The translations under genes and the position numbers were made by a program. 64,000 bases of DNA. Origin: a virus. Positions within the stretch are counted from its first letter, which is position 1; each line of letters opens with the position of its first letter. The stretch is taken from positions 32,001 to 96,000 of the IMG/VR virus record IMGVR_UViG_3300035698_018280; one strand, given 5' to 3'. The notes under the pieces were generated by a model. It worked only from the letters and a program-made list of their open reading frames with translations, was not told the origin of the DNA and searched no databases. Shown here one piece after another: positions 35,584 through 46,300 of the stretch.

Positions 35584-36934
35584 GGTTAACGTCGTACCTA
35601 AACGTTATGCCTCTTTTATCATGTATTCCGAAAATCTTCTGCTCTGCCCTTGTTCCGGGTAGACAGTTTTTCAATGAATAGACATCTGAGCCTACAAAAG
35701 AACCATTCATAAGACATTTACCATTGCTGCTAGTGATTTCAGATGCGTTATGAAAGTGGCCAGCCAATGTGTAGTGAGCATGATCATTGACGAAGCCAGC
35801 CATTTTTCGTTCAATTTCCAAGAATGAAGCAATAGGAGGGTTCTTGCCTTTGGCGTCATCTCCATGCATCATCAGGAACTTATGATTTCTGATTTCTGCC
35901 ATATGCCACCATGATTTAGGAACATGGAACTTGATACGAGGATTGTTACGAAATTCTTGTTCTAAGAATAAGTAAACAACTCTGTCCCAGTTGCTATAGT
36001 CTTTCTCAGCGCCGCTCTTGGCAACTCGCCCATGGTTTCCTCGAATACCATAGAACTCAATTTCTTCAAATATCGTTAGCCAATACCAGATAGCATCAGA
36101 TAACGATCTCATACCAATAATGACCTGTTCCATGATTGGCGTACCAATATAAACAGGAGACCATGCGCCAACATCGTTCATACCATCAACAACATCGCCG
36201 AGACTAAAGATGTGCAATTTAGGGATTTTGTAAAGATGCGAATGAATCTCGTAGATATCAGCAACCGCATATTTGAGATTAGAAAGTCGTTGCTCATACA
36301 TCTTGATATTATACTGAGAAATACCGCCAGTTTCTTCAAGCGAATGCTCATGGCCGATATGAAGATCACTCAACATAAGCCCCATATCTTCAGGACAGCT
36401 TTGATATTTCTCTCTCCTAGGCTTCCATTTAGACAGAGGAGCCCTGGGTAGTCTGTCTGCGGCTTCTGCGAGAGCATCCCCAATAGAGTCCGATCGCATT
36501 CTCCAACGGTCCAGAGACCTGTTGACGTTGTTCTCAGTCTTAGTCTTGAATGTATCCAACGCACGTTTATGAGCCCTGGATTTCATACTGTTTGCATATG
36601 GTTTTTGAGACCAATCTGTTTTACCATAAACATCTCGGCAAGAGTTATACGCTCTTCCAAGAGTACGGGAAATTAATGAATACGGCAAATTATCAAGACG
36701 ACTCTCGAAAAGATACTGAAGTTCATCTTCTTCCCATGGCGAGGAAGATTTTACAGGAGTCAAATCATCATTGATTTCTCCATTATTAAATGCATCCCAA
36801 TTAAACTCTTTGAATTTACATTGAACAGAATCTAAGCTACGTCCTAGGGAACGTGCGATTGTTGTCCAATCGTGATTTGCTTTGCGTTTGTCGTGCAGTG
36901 CTGCTAGTTCTTCGAGTGTCCATTTGCGAGCCAT
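35477..36934 (-). CDS. calcineurin-like metallophosphoesterase/nuclease with two N-terminal Myb/SANT-like repeats
   Basis: SDLHIG, LGDVVDG, GNHGR, HGD, GHFH; N-terminal WTLEE..L..W..IARSLGRS..SV and WEEDE..L..Y..ISRTLGRA..SC. Confidence 0.85.
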   Translation of the reverse strand: MARKWTLEELAALHDKRKANHDWTTIARSLGRSLDSVQCKFKEFNWDAFNNGEINDDLTPVKSSSPWEEDELQYLFESRLDNLPYSLISRTLGRAYNSCRDVYGKTDWSQKPYANSMKSRAHKRALDTFKTKTENNVNRSLDRWRMRSDSIGDALAEAADRLPRAPLSKWKPRREKYQSCPEDMGLMLSDLHIGHEHSLEETGGISQYNIKMYEQRLSNLKYAVADIYEIHSHLYKIPKLHIFSLGDVVDGMNDVGAWSPVYIGTPIMEQVIIGMRSLSDAIWYWLTIFEEIEFYGIRGNHGRVAKSGAEKDYSNWDRVVYLFLEQEFRNNPRIKFHVPKSWWHMAEIRNHKFLMMHGDDAKGKNPPIASFLEIERKMAGFVNDHAHYTLAGHFHNASEITSSNGKCLMNGSFVGSDVYSLKNCLPGTRAEQKIFGIHDKRGITFRYDVNLDADRSPKESKNDASTKVGSTISYGQEMPSLRKTN

Positions 36935-37682
36935 AATTACTCCCGAGCCTTTGTTCTTTTAGCTGAGACTTAAATTCTCGCCAAACTATCATGTGGGCTC
37001 TTATCATTTCTTCTTTGTGTTTTCCAGTCATCCCATCAGGGTTTGTTCTGTATCTAATGAGCGGTTTCTTTATATTTGCCATTTTGCGACCTGCGAGAAT
37101 AGCTCTACACCAAAGGTCCATGTCTGGAACCGTGTATATCTCAGTTCTCGTCGTATATCCGCCTAGCTCAAGAAAATCCTCTCGTAGAAACATTGTTGTC
37201 GGATCTATCATTGGATTCTGACATCGGTACAATTGACCTACGATTTGTTCATGCGATGTCTTGGGGTAGTCCATTTCGCCCAACGGCTCGCTTTCTAAAT
37301 CAATTTTTAGAGCATGTCCGCCAACACAAAATACATCAGGATTAGATTCAAGAAATTCAAACTGCTCACTCAGTCTGTATGGAAGACTAATATCGTCCCC
37401 ATCATGGATAGCAATGTACTTTCCTTTGGCCATACGAATTGCCTGGTTCCTCCGACGAGGAATCCTTATGTTATCACTGTCGTCTATTAGACGAACGGAA
37501 ACCCCAGCTAGACACGCAAAATCGTAATCGCACACGATATCCCAAGTCAAATCTGTAGAACCATCATTCATAATTAACCATTCAAAATCTCTAAATTTAT
37601 TCTGTTGACAAATAGATTCAAGAGATTCTTTTATATACTTTTCACAATTGTAAACAGGTGTAATTATGCTAACTGATGGCAC
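36837..37682 (-). CDS. GT2-family glycosyltransferase
   Basis: SIITPVYN, NDGSTD, RNQAI, HDGDD; GTG start at 37682 after AAAGGAG. Confidence 0.9.
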   Translation of the reverse strand: MPSVSIITPVYNCEKYIKESLESICQQNKFRDFEWLIMNDGSTDLTWDIVCDYDFACLAGVSVRLIDDSDNIRIPRRRNQAIRMAKGKYIAIHDGDDISLPYRLSEQFEFLESNPDVFCVGGHALKIDLESEPLGEMDYPKTSHEQIVGQLYRCQNPMIDPTTMFLREDFLELGGYTTRTEIYTVPDMDLWCRAILAGRKMANIKKPLIRYRTNPDGMTGKHKEEMIRAHMIVWREFKSQLKEQRLGSNYGSQMDTRRTSSTARQTQSKSRLDNNRTFPRT

Positions 37683-38433
37683 TGCAATTCTCCTTTGCCC
37701 AGTTATATAGCTCAATATCATATCTATTAAAATCTTCTAATAAATCATTGACTTTTTTACTGTAATCTTCTGGATTGCGAGATAAATGACTTTTAGTGAT
37801 GCCGCAAAAATAATCTGAATCAGGAATTCTAACTTTATCACCGAACTTTTCACCTACAGTAATTTCTCCAAAATCATCAAGCGAATCCGTATATCCTATC
37901 TTTATGTTTTGAAGATTGATTTTAGCCCTTTCATAAGCTTCATCCATTGGATATCCTTCTCTCCAACACCCTGCGCCGAATGGCTCTCTTATAGCTTTAT
38001 TCTCCATGAAATCATTAACATAAATATCTGGAAGAACACCGCTAAGTTGTCTTGTTAGAAAATTGAAGTTCTTATTTAATTCTCTATAGCGATCAAGCTG
38101 TTTTATAATAGATTCTTCGCTACAGGATTCTTTGGTCTTAAAATATCTTTTGTTATAGAATGCTAAAATAGATAGCATTCGTATTTTAGGTTCCCTCAAA
38201 ATTGTGTAATATGAAGCATCTAAGCCAAAACATTCGTGAAATCCATACGGAAGATGACCATGTATCCAACAATCATCAACAACATCTAAAGGCATACCTT
38301 TTGCTTTTCTCCATGCATATTTACGAAAAGTAACCGGAACTAATGTCTTGTTATGATCCAGTAACAGATTTATAAACGAATGACCACCTGTCTTCGGTAT
38401 ATGTAGGAATATATTAACTTTCATTATTGGCAT
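37669..38433 (-). CDS. PAPS-dependent sulfotransferase (Sulfotransfer_2-like)
   Basis: 5'-PSB motif FLHIPKTGGHS, GHLPYG, 3'-PB motif LREP..RMLS, C-terminal NRYDIELY; start at 38424 or 38433. Confidence 0.85.
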   Translation of the reverse strand: MPIMKVNIFLHIPKTGGHSFINLLLDHNKTLVPVTFRKYAWRKAKGMPLDVVDDCWIHGHLPYGFHECFGLDASYYTILREPKIRMLSILAFYNKRYFKTKESCSEESIIKQLDRYRELNKNFNFLTRQLSGVLPDIYVNDFMENKAIREPFGAGCWREGYPMDEAYERAKINLQNIKIGYTDSLDDFGEITVGEKFGDKVRIPDSDYFCGITKSHLSRNPEDYSKKVNDLLEDFNRYDIELYNWAKENCSAIS

Positions 38434-39538
38434 GTTCTGCTGTGAAGACTTCATGATATTTTTTACTTATATTATTCCAGTCAAATTCCTTGAGAATCTG
38501 CTGATATCCATCTTCTGCTTTTTCTTTACGAAGTTTTTCGCTTGACAACAACTCATCTAAATGCTGAGCAAAACTCTCATGCATAACGCTGTTATACAAC
38601 CATCGACCGCCTGATTTCTTCGCCCCATTAACTATAAAGCCTCCGTCTAATTGATCCATGTTGCCAACATTCAATGAAACCCATGGCAGCTTACTCGCCA
38701 TAGCTTCAAGAGCAACAAGCGGCGCAACCTCAACCTGAGAAGGAAATGCAAAGATATCCGCATCTAAAAACGCCTGAATTGTGTCATCGCGAGGAATATC
38801 AATCAAAAGCTTACTATCAAAGCTGGCTTTCTTCAATGCTTCTTTATGGCGATGCCTCATAACATTTGCTGGTTGAAAATTAACACTGGTGCAAATAAAA
38901 ACTGCTACAAAGTCTTTGCCTCTAGCTCTAAGCTTTTTAAGAACATGCATTAGATGTTCTTGGCCTTTTCCTGGGAAGAAATTAGAAACGCACAAAATCA
39001 TTGGTTTATCAGGAATACGGTACTTCTTTCTAAATGAAAATCCCTTATCCTGAAACTCTGTCAAATCAATAGCATTAGGAATAACATTGACCTCAGCACC
39101 CATCGCTCGGCATGTCTGATAATCTAGGTAATTGTTTGAATGGGTTATTATCGAGAAGTGTTTATGATTTCTGCGAAAAACTCTACCTACATCTCCGTGG
39201 CTGCGCATAAAATTCATGCCAACCATCGCTATGCTCTTCGAGCAATTAATCTTATCGGCTCGACGAATGGTTGTCTCCCATTGCATAAATGAATCGCTAT
39301 AAACCATATAATGATCTGGTTTTAGACCATTTATCTGCCTTATATAAGCATCTGGGTCTCGATTGACAGGATGTATTTTGACGCCATTATGCTCTATAGT
39401 TTTATTGGCAAAGTGAGTCAAGACATGGCAATCCATGCCAAAATCTTTTGTCATAGATTCTGTTATCTGTTGAACTACTTTTTCCGATCCGCCTATATGA
39501 TGCGGAGCCGAATGATTAACGCCTATTACAAGTCGCAT
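38414..39538 (-). CDS. GT4-family (GT-B) glycosyltransferase
   Basis: GGSE, VIPNAID, KGQEHL, FPSQVEVAPLVALEAMAS, FDWNNI. Confidence 0.9.
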   Translation of the reverse strand: MRLVIGVNHSAPHHIGGSEKVVQQITESMTKDFGMDCHVLTHFANKTIEHNGVKIHPVNRDPDAYIRQINGLKPDHYMVYSDSFMQWETTIRRADKINCSKSIAMVGMNFMRSHGDVGRVFRRNHKHFSIITHSNNYLDYQTCRAMGAEVNVIPNAIDLTEFQDKGFSFRKKYRIPDKPMILCVSNFFPGKGQEHLMHVLKKLRARGKDFVAVFICTSVNFQPANVMRHRHKEALKKASFDSKLLIDIPRDDTIQAFLDADIFAFPSQVEVAPLVALEAMASKLPWVSLNVGNMDQLDGGFIVNGAKKSGGRWLYNSVMHESFAQHLDELLSSEKLRKEKAEDGYQQILKEFDWNNISKKYHEVFTAEHANNES

Positions 39539-39562
39539 ATGTTCTTCGCCTTTTCAAATCTT

Positions 39563-40300
39563 TTATTGCAAGACGGGTACAGGATGCTGCCTCATTGGTC
39601 GAACCTTTTTACCTCGCCACTTCTCAAGAAACTTCGTTCTACTACGCTTAAACAATTCGAGACGACGAGGATTTTTTCCTAAAGTCTGATGCGGCAAATG
39701 AATAACTCTCGCTTTATAATTCCAACATAATTTATAGCCAGCATCCATCGCTCTGAAACAAAAATCAGGATCTTCATAGTAACAAGGATTAAATCGTTTA
39801 TCAAACATCCCTAGCTTGATAGGGATTTCGCCCTTCATCAACATGCCTCCACATCCGACATATGTCCAGGGTTCATTGGGCCTCTTACATTGGTGAACCG
39901 GAATAAAATCATTACTCATTAACCAGGCTTCTACTCCTACAACATCTGCATTTGATTGTTCTAGAACATCATGATGGTGCTGAAGCCAGTCAGATTGTAC
40001 ATACTGATCATTATCTAAAAAGTTAATATATTCAGGCCTATCAGCTAGAGATTGATAAATATTAAAACCATGATTTCGACCGCCTATAACTCCTAAATTA
40101 TTGTCATTGCAGGCTAAAGTAATATCGTCTCGCTCAGAAGCAAGATCACCGAGATATTCAACGGAACCATCTGTGGAACCATTATCAATCATAATAACAT
40201 GAAAATTTTCTGTATGGGCAAAAAGATGAGTGAAGAACTTTTTTGTTACTTCAAGCCCATTATAGTTCAGTACAACGATAGCGGTTTTGGGATGGCTCAT
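39563..40300 (-). CDS. GT2-family glycosyltransferase
   Basis: IVVLNYN, IDNGSTDGS, NLG..GGRN, FLDND, YYEDPDFCFR. Confidence 0.9.
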   Translation of the reverse strand: MSHPKTAIVVLNYNGLEVTKKFFTHLFAHTENFHVIMIDNGSTDGSVEYLGDLASERDDITLACNDNNLGVIGGRNHGFNIYQSLADRPEYINFLDNDQYVQSDWLQHHHDVLEQSNADVVGVEAWLMSNDFIPVHQCKRPNEPWTYVGCGGMLMKGEIPIKLGMFDKRFNPCYYEDPDFCFRAMDAGYKLCWNYKARVIHLPHQTLGKNPRRLELFKRSRTKFLEKWRGKKVRPMRQHPVPVLQ

Positions 40301-40314
40301 ATCATCCTATCGTC

Positions 40315-43300
40315 TTATTGGACTGTTGCGGTATTACTTCTTACAGTTATCCCAACTGAAACGCCATCAAACGGTATAACTTCCGCATACCATAGATCGC
40401 CGCTAGCAGTCAATAAATTAGAAACAAGCGACTGATTTGCTACCGAAGCAACTTCTTCAAATAAATCTGCGCCTGATGATTTACGGAACCAACGAATTGA
40501 ACTTTCGTCAGATTGTTCGGTATTTCCCGTGTCAATGTCTTGATCAAAGAACGACCATACAACCGTTAGGTTAGAATTTGAAGTTGGATTTTCAGGTTCA
40601 ACAATAACATTAGTAACAACCGGAGGAGCATTTTGAACAGTAACTACAGGACTCGTTACTGGATCTCCAATAGTGTTACCAGTTGCAGGTCGAACTTCAA
40701 CCTGAATATCATTTCCAATGATTAGAGCAACTACGCTAGTTGATGTTTGTAATTCACCTGGTATAAGTTCATTGTTGTTGAATCCGTTTGTGTTTCCATT
40801 TAGGTTTCCTCGCTTAAACTCAACGCCATTGATATACCAAATGATAGTAGAAACATCTTCTCCTCCATCATCAAAGAAATCGAAATCAGCGAAAGCTATT
40901 GTAGCTGTTGTAACTTCAGTTTGAACTACGCCGCTCGAAGTTCTTCCATTGACAAGAAGAGTTGTAATGAACGGAGGAGCGGCCTCAACTGTAACGGATG
41001 AAGAACGAACAAGAGTTCCAAGAACTTTACCATCGCTCGGTTTAACCGTAAAGTAAATGATGTCACCAACATTCAACAAACTTTCATTTCGTTCACGAGC
41101 AAATTGCTCAGCAGTTGTGCTAGAAGGAACATCCTCTGGCTGAAAACTAAAGCCAAAGGTCCATAGGGGGTCTGCGAAATTAGTAATATCATTCCATTCT
41201 CGTAATCCTCTTAAAAACTCTATTTCAACTCCATTGACATACCATCGTATATCTGTTTTATCAAGATCTTCTATATCTAGATTGAGATCAAAGAACCTAT
41301 AACTTGCAGAAATCTTGTTATAGATAGTCGGAATAGTCGGGAATATTTTAAGATCCAATGCTTCTGGTGGCCGCTCGGCCAATGGCGGCGGCAAGAAAAC
41401 GTTGCTGTTAAAGAAGTAACCAACGCCCTCAATAGCAATAGGATCTGTAGCAAACTTGTTCGTTATTTTTAGACCTATTCTTAATTTTCCAGCATTCTCA
41501 ACGTCTATTATAAACGAGTCAACCTGTTTTGTTTTGAAGACAATCAGTCCATTGCGAGGATAAGATTTGTAATCAGTTTCCTCAATGATGGTCTTATCAG
41601 TTTTCTTAACAACAACTCTGGAAGTTGGGTTCCAGCGTCCATACTTAGCCGAGAAAACAAAGCCATCAATGTTCTCCAGCGGCTCATTGAGAGCATCGTC
41701 AGTTTGTTGTGTTCGAATAGGCAGGTATATCTTTCCATACCTGTCAGCGGCGGGTTGAGATCCGCTCTGGTAGTCATCCCAATTATAAGAATCGCTTGTT
41801 GCTGCTCCTACTTCAATAAAGCTATTAGGTGGAGTATTCGCTCTGATAGCGACAGCGATCTGTTGAGCGCTGAACTCCGGAGTATCACAATCAATATAAA
41901 CAAAACTGTCCTTTGGAACGCTATAGTTGATATTTATATCTGTCAGCGCAGGGATACCTGGCGTAGCAACATCTTCATACACTTCTTCAACGGAAGCGCT
42001 AAGACCGCTCAAGATAGTTGCTCGGAATCTAAAGTAGCGACCGTTAAGTCTGAAGAACTCGACTTCTGCATCAGGATTGAATTTATCACTAAATTCCCCG
42101 AAGTTAAAACCATCATCGCTTGCTGAGACTTGCCAGTTACCGTCTGTGTTATCAAATAAATCGTAATCAAGAGAGATGCTATGAACAACAGCGTTTACGC
42201 CAAGGTCAATAGTCCTTTCATAAACTCCGTAGCCAATAGAACCAGCAACTCTTCCTAACGTATTATTTAGAATTTCATCAAGGAAAGCAGCATCAAGAAC
42301 AGTCTGCGATTGACCGCCTGTAGTCCTTGCTATTTCTTCAAGCGAGTCTGTATCTGTACGAGAAACAAGCGCTGATAATGTAACTGGGAATACGATCGAG
42401 AAGTTATTGATAACAACTGGCGTCTGCCCAAAACCATCAATAGCCTGAATATCTTCAATCGCTTCGGCCTGAGTAGCAAACGATAGATTTTCTTCATTGT
42501 CAGTATGCGAGTAGATTGTTTTCGCTCGACCATCTGCATTATCATTAAGCAGATCTTCTGTTATTTCAGTTAATCCATCAAAATACGGAGACGCTCCAAA
42601 AGGTATAGCATTATCTAAGCGAGCAATGACGTTAAGAGCTTCTGACGCTGTTCCTACATTACCGCTTAGGTGGCGAACTATTTGAGGAATCCATTCAATG
42701 TCCGAAAAATATTGAATAGATGGGCTCTGAAGCTGAGACGTTTGTGAAGGGTTGATATTGAATATCAAGCTACTGTCATCCAGCCCGTCATCAATAGGTT
42801 GATCTGGATTGCTGCTGCTGTCATCATCGCCAGGATCGTCATCATCGCCTGGAAGATCCTTGCTAGCAGAATATTCTCGGCAACCTTCAAACTCGACGAT
42901 ATCGACACCGCCCCCATCATCTCCGCTATCGCCATCGTCTCCCGTATCCCCGTCATCATCGTCGCCATCGTCGCCCGTATCGTCGTCTGGATCTTCAACT
43001 ATATCAGGATCTTCATTGTCCTCAATATCAACTACGGTCTGTCCGTAGAAAAAATCATCAACAACAGTAATCTGAATTCTAATCTTATATGGCCTACGAG
43101 TTGTCCCTTCCTTGATAAGTAAGATATCATCCTGCCCGCCCTGTCCTTCGCCTGTAACTGTTTCTGAAATTCCAAGCTTGTTTTTAATATCATCAATCTT
43201 TCGAAGAATATCATCAGCCCTTGGCAACATTGTTGTTGTACCAAATCCGCTCGATATTTCAAAATCATTACTACTAAATACAACAGGGTAAACAAACGCT

Positions 43301-46300
43301 TGTCGGGAAATAGTATCAGATGCCGACTGCTGTCCCTGGTCGCTGCCGCTAGAAGATTCCTCTGAACCTTCGTCTGTGTTATCTTCGTTACCTGGAAACA
43401 GCAAAAATCCTCGAACTAAAATCCTGATGTCCTTCGGAGGAATTTCGCCAGCATCATCTTTGAGTTCAATGTCTATTGCAACAGACTGACGGCCATCGAG
43501 CCTAGCATTAGCTGGCTCTGCCTTAGCGAGGATCTGAAGGAATCCAGGAGGACGACCGCTTGTTATTCCGCCAGCTACATAGATGAACTGATCGCCGTCT
43601 GACGCAATCCCAAACGATTGTCGTCCAACCGGGTTCTCTGTTAGATTTTGTAAAGATAGTCTAGGGACTGTTCCGCTTTCACCAATAAGTTCAAATCTTC
43701 TTAATGTAGGTGATTTTTTATTAGCGCCTCCGAGGAAGTAAACTCCTTCATATGCTCCAGTTTCAATAGCTGCTGTGCCGCCCTTGTATCTAGGATGAGG
43801 AATATCTCCAAACGAATTATCGTGAACCGTAATAGAGTTTGGATGTAACGGATCAAAAGAAACCGTATCTGTAGGGAATTCAAGTTCCTGATTCTCCCCT
43901 GATCCAATCAATATGGCTCCGCCAAGAATAACTATCGACGGCGTAGATACTGCAAAGTCATCAATAAAAACAAACGGAGATATACGATGATACAATTCAT
44001 AGTCCTGATCAACAAACGAATCGGAATACGTCCAGCTATCTGTCATAATATCATATATCAAAATACGATCATTGAAAAATCTAATTCCTCCCTGACTATC
44101 GATTTCAGTTAAACCTCCGACAATATAAATAGAATCTCCATACTTGACAGCAGAGCTAAGAGCGGTTCCATATTCTGTGCCCGAAATCTCTGGCATTGAA
44201 GAACCGACAGTCCATGTATCAGTAAAGACATCGTAAATTTCTAACTTATTAGAAACATGTAGATCTCCATTTTCTGAAGACAAACCTCCAAAGACATATA
44301 TCTTGCCAGCATCTTCAACAGCTACATGATGCATACGAGGATTTGGAATTGGGGCAAACTCGGTCCATTCATCTGTATCAATAAGATACTGTTCATTACG
44401 TCCAGAGATGCTAGTCCCATTAACCCCTCCGATCGCATATGTAGCATAGCCATAAGGCGTTATTGTATAACTGAGAGAAAGGGCTCCTCTCGGGAAGTTC
44501 ATAGCAGCCTTGTCTTCCCAAGCATCAGTTGATGCATCATAAATGCTCATCTTTGCATCAAAGACGTTATTTACAATTCCTTTTTCATCCGTATCATCGT
44601 CGTCAGTATCTTGATCCTGCTGCTCGGAATCATAAACAATAGTCAAACAAGTGGTCATATTTCGTTCAACATCGCCCCTCTTATCATATTGAGTTTTTGC
44701 TTGAACCTGTGCACTAAAGCTTTCAACAGGGTTCAATGGCAATATAGTAAAGGACGCATAGGATTTGACACCTCCGCCAAGAAACTCATCCTCCTGTTGG
44801 AATGTAAAGACAACTGATTCAGTGACTACAACCTTAGATGGATTTTCTCCTGCGATAGTTAAGAAGACAGGAGTTCCGTTTGGAACTGGCTTGCCAGAAA
44901 ATGAAACCTCAAGAATAAACGTATGTCGAGATTGTCCATCAACTAGCAAATCTTCTATAGGCTCATTATCTCTACGAACATCAACAATGCGGATTTTGAG
45001 AGGTTCTTTTAATCGAAGGACTGTTGGTGGGATTCCGTTTTCGTAGCCGCCGCCGCCGTTAAGAAAGCGAGTCTCTCCATCAAGAATAACTGTTGTTCTT
45101 CCTATTATCGATCTATCAAAAGGTTCTTCTTTCAATCCTCCAGGAAGTTCTATTGCAGAACAAATATTACTTAATGAACCGGGTGAATCGGTATTATCGT
45201 TCTTCTGCGGCGGGCCAATAAATCTATTTATTCTTAGATAGACATCAGTTGTATCATTCTCTTCTGATAATGGAAGAGATACGAACGCAGTCTCTTTATT
45301 AGCATCTAAGAAAACGAATTCATCAAGATAAGGATCTAATTCAATTGAAAGATCTTCTCCATAAAGTATTTCAAACGCATCGCCTGTTTCTATTTCAATA
45401 AGCTGTCCAAAGTTCAAAATAAACAACGTTCCGCTAAATGCGCTCGCGCACGATCTAAACTCAGTTGAAAATGGAATCGATGCAGTATTGGGGTCTCTAG
45501 CAATCTTTAGATTTTCAAAATCATATCCATCGGCCCACATTTCATTAATGAGACGACGAAAACTCATATGGAAACGAGAGCCAAAACTGCCAGGAACAGC
45601 CTGCGGATACAGAGTTAAAGGCCTTTCCTCAAAAGCATTCAATCCGTCATAAGTTATAGATGCTTTGAGAGCATACATTTCAGGGACGAGAGCAGGACCA
45701 CCTCTTTCTGGTCCCAAATCAACAACTGTCCATGTAACCCCGCAAGCAGGACCAAAGAAAATCTTTCGGGCAGTATTATTTCGAATGAATGAAAATACTC
45801 CTGATGCAATCGGTACATTATCAAGAGAATAAAATGGTCTATCTCGACCACCAAGACCTTTCTGCAGGTTCCATTTACAAATCTCATTATCAGGAATACG
45901 AGTTTTACGAGGATTTCTTGAATCAGGACTATCTGGATCGATCAAGTAACAATGAGCAAATTCCTCAACAATATCAATACAGTCTGGATCGGGGGCGCTA
46001 ACAGTAAGCTCGACTCGCAAGATATTTTCGAATGCTATGTAAAGGCTTTTACGACCAACAAATCCGTTGAATGTAGCTTGAGCAAACAGCATAACTCCCT
46101 GCGGCCTATTGGGAGCCAACAATGGTATATCTGCAAAACTAATCTCTGTAAGATTACCTTCCCCGTCGTCCTCAAGCCCAAGACTCAGGTCCAAAGTTGT
46201 TGACGGAGGAAGAACTTCACGGCTCTTACGGTCAGAGAATCCTGGATCAAATGGTACTGGCGGATCAGCATCAGGATCATCGCAAATTGGATCTGAAGCC

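Noticed and set aside
19536-40314. GACGATAGG found just upstream of two start codons (19535 and 40300) as a phage promoter motif
   Set aside because: Only two copies were seen and both overlap the RBS position, so this is insufficient evidence.
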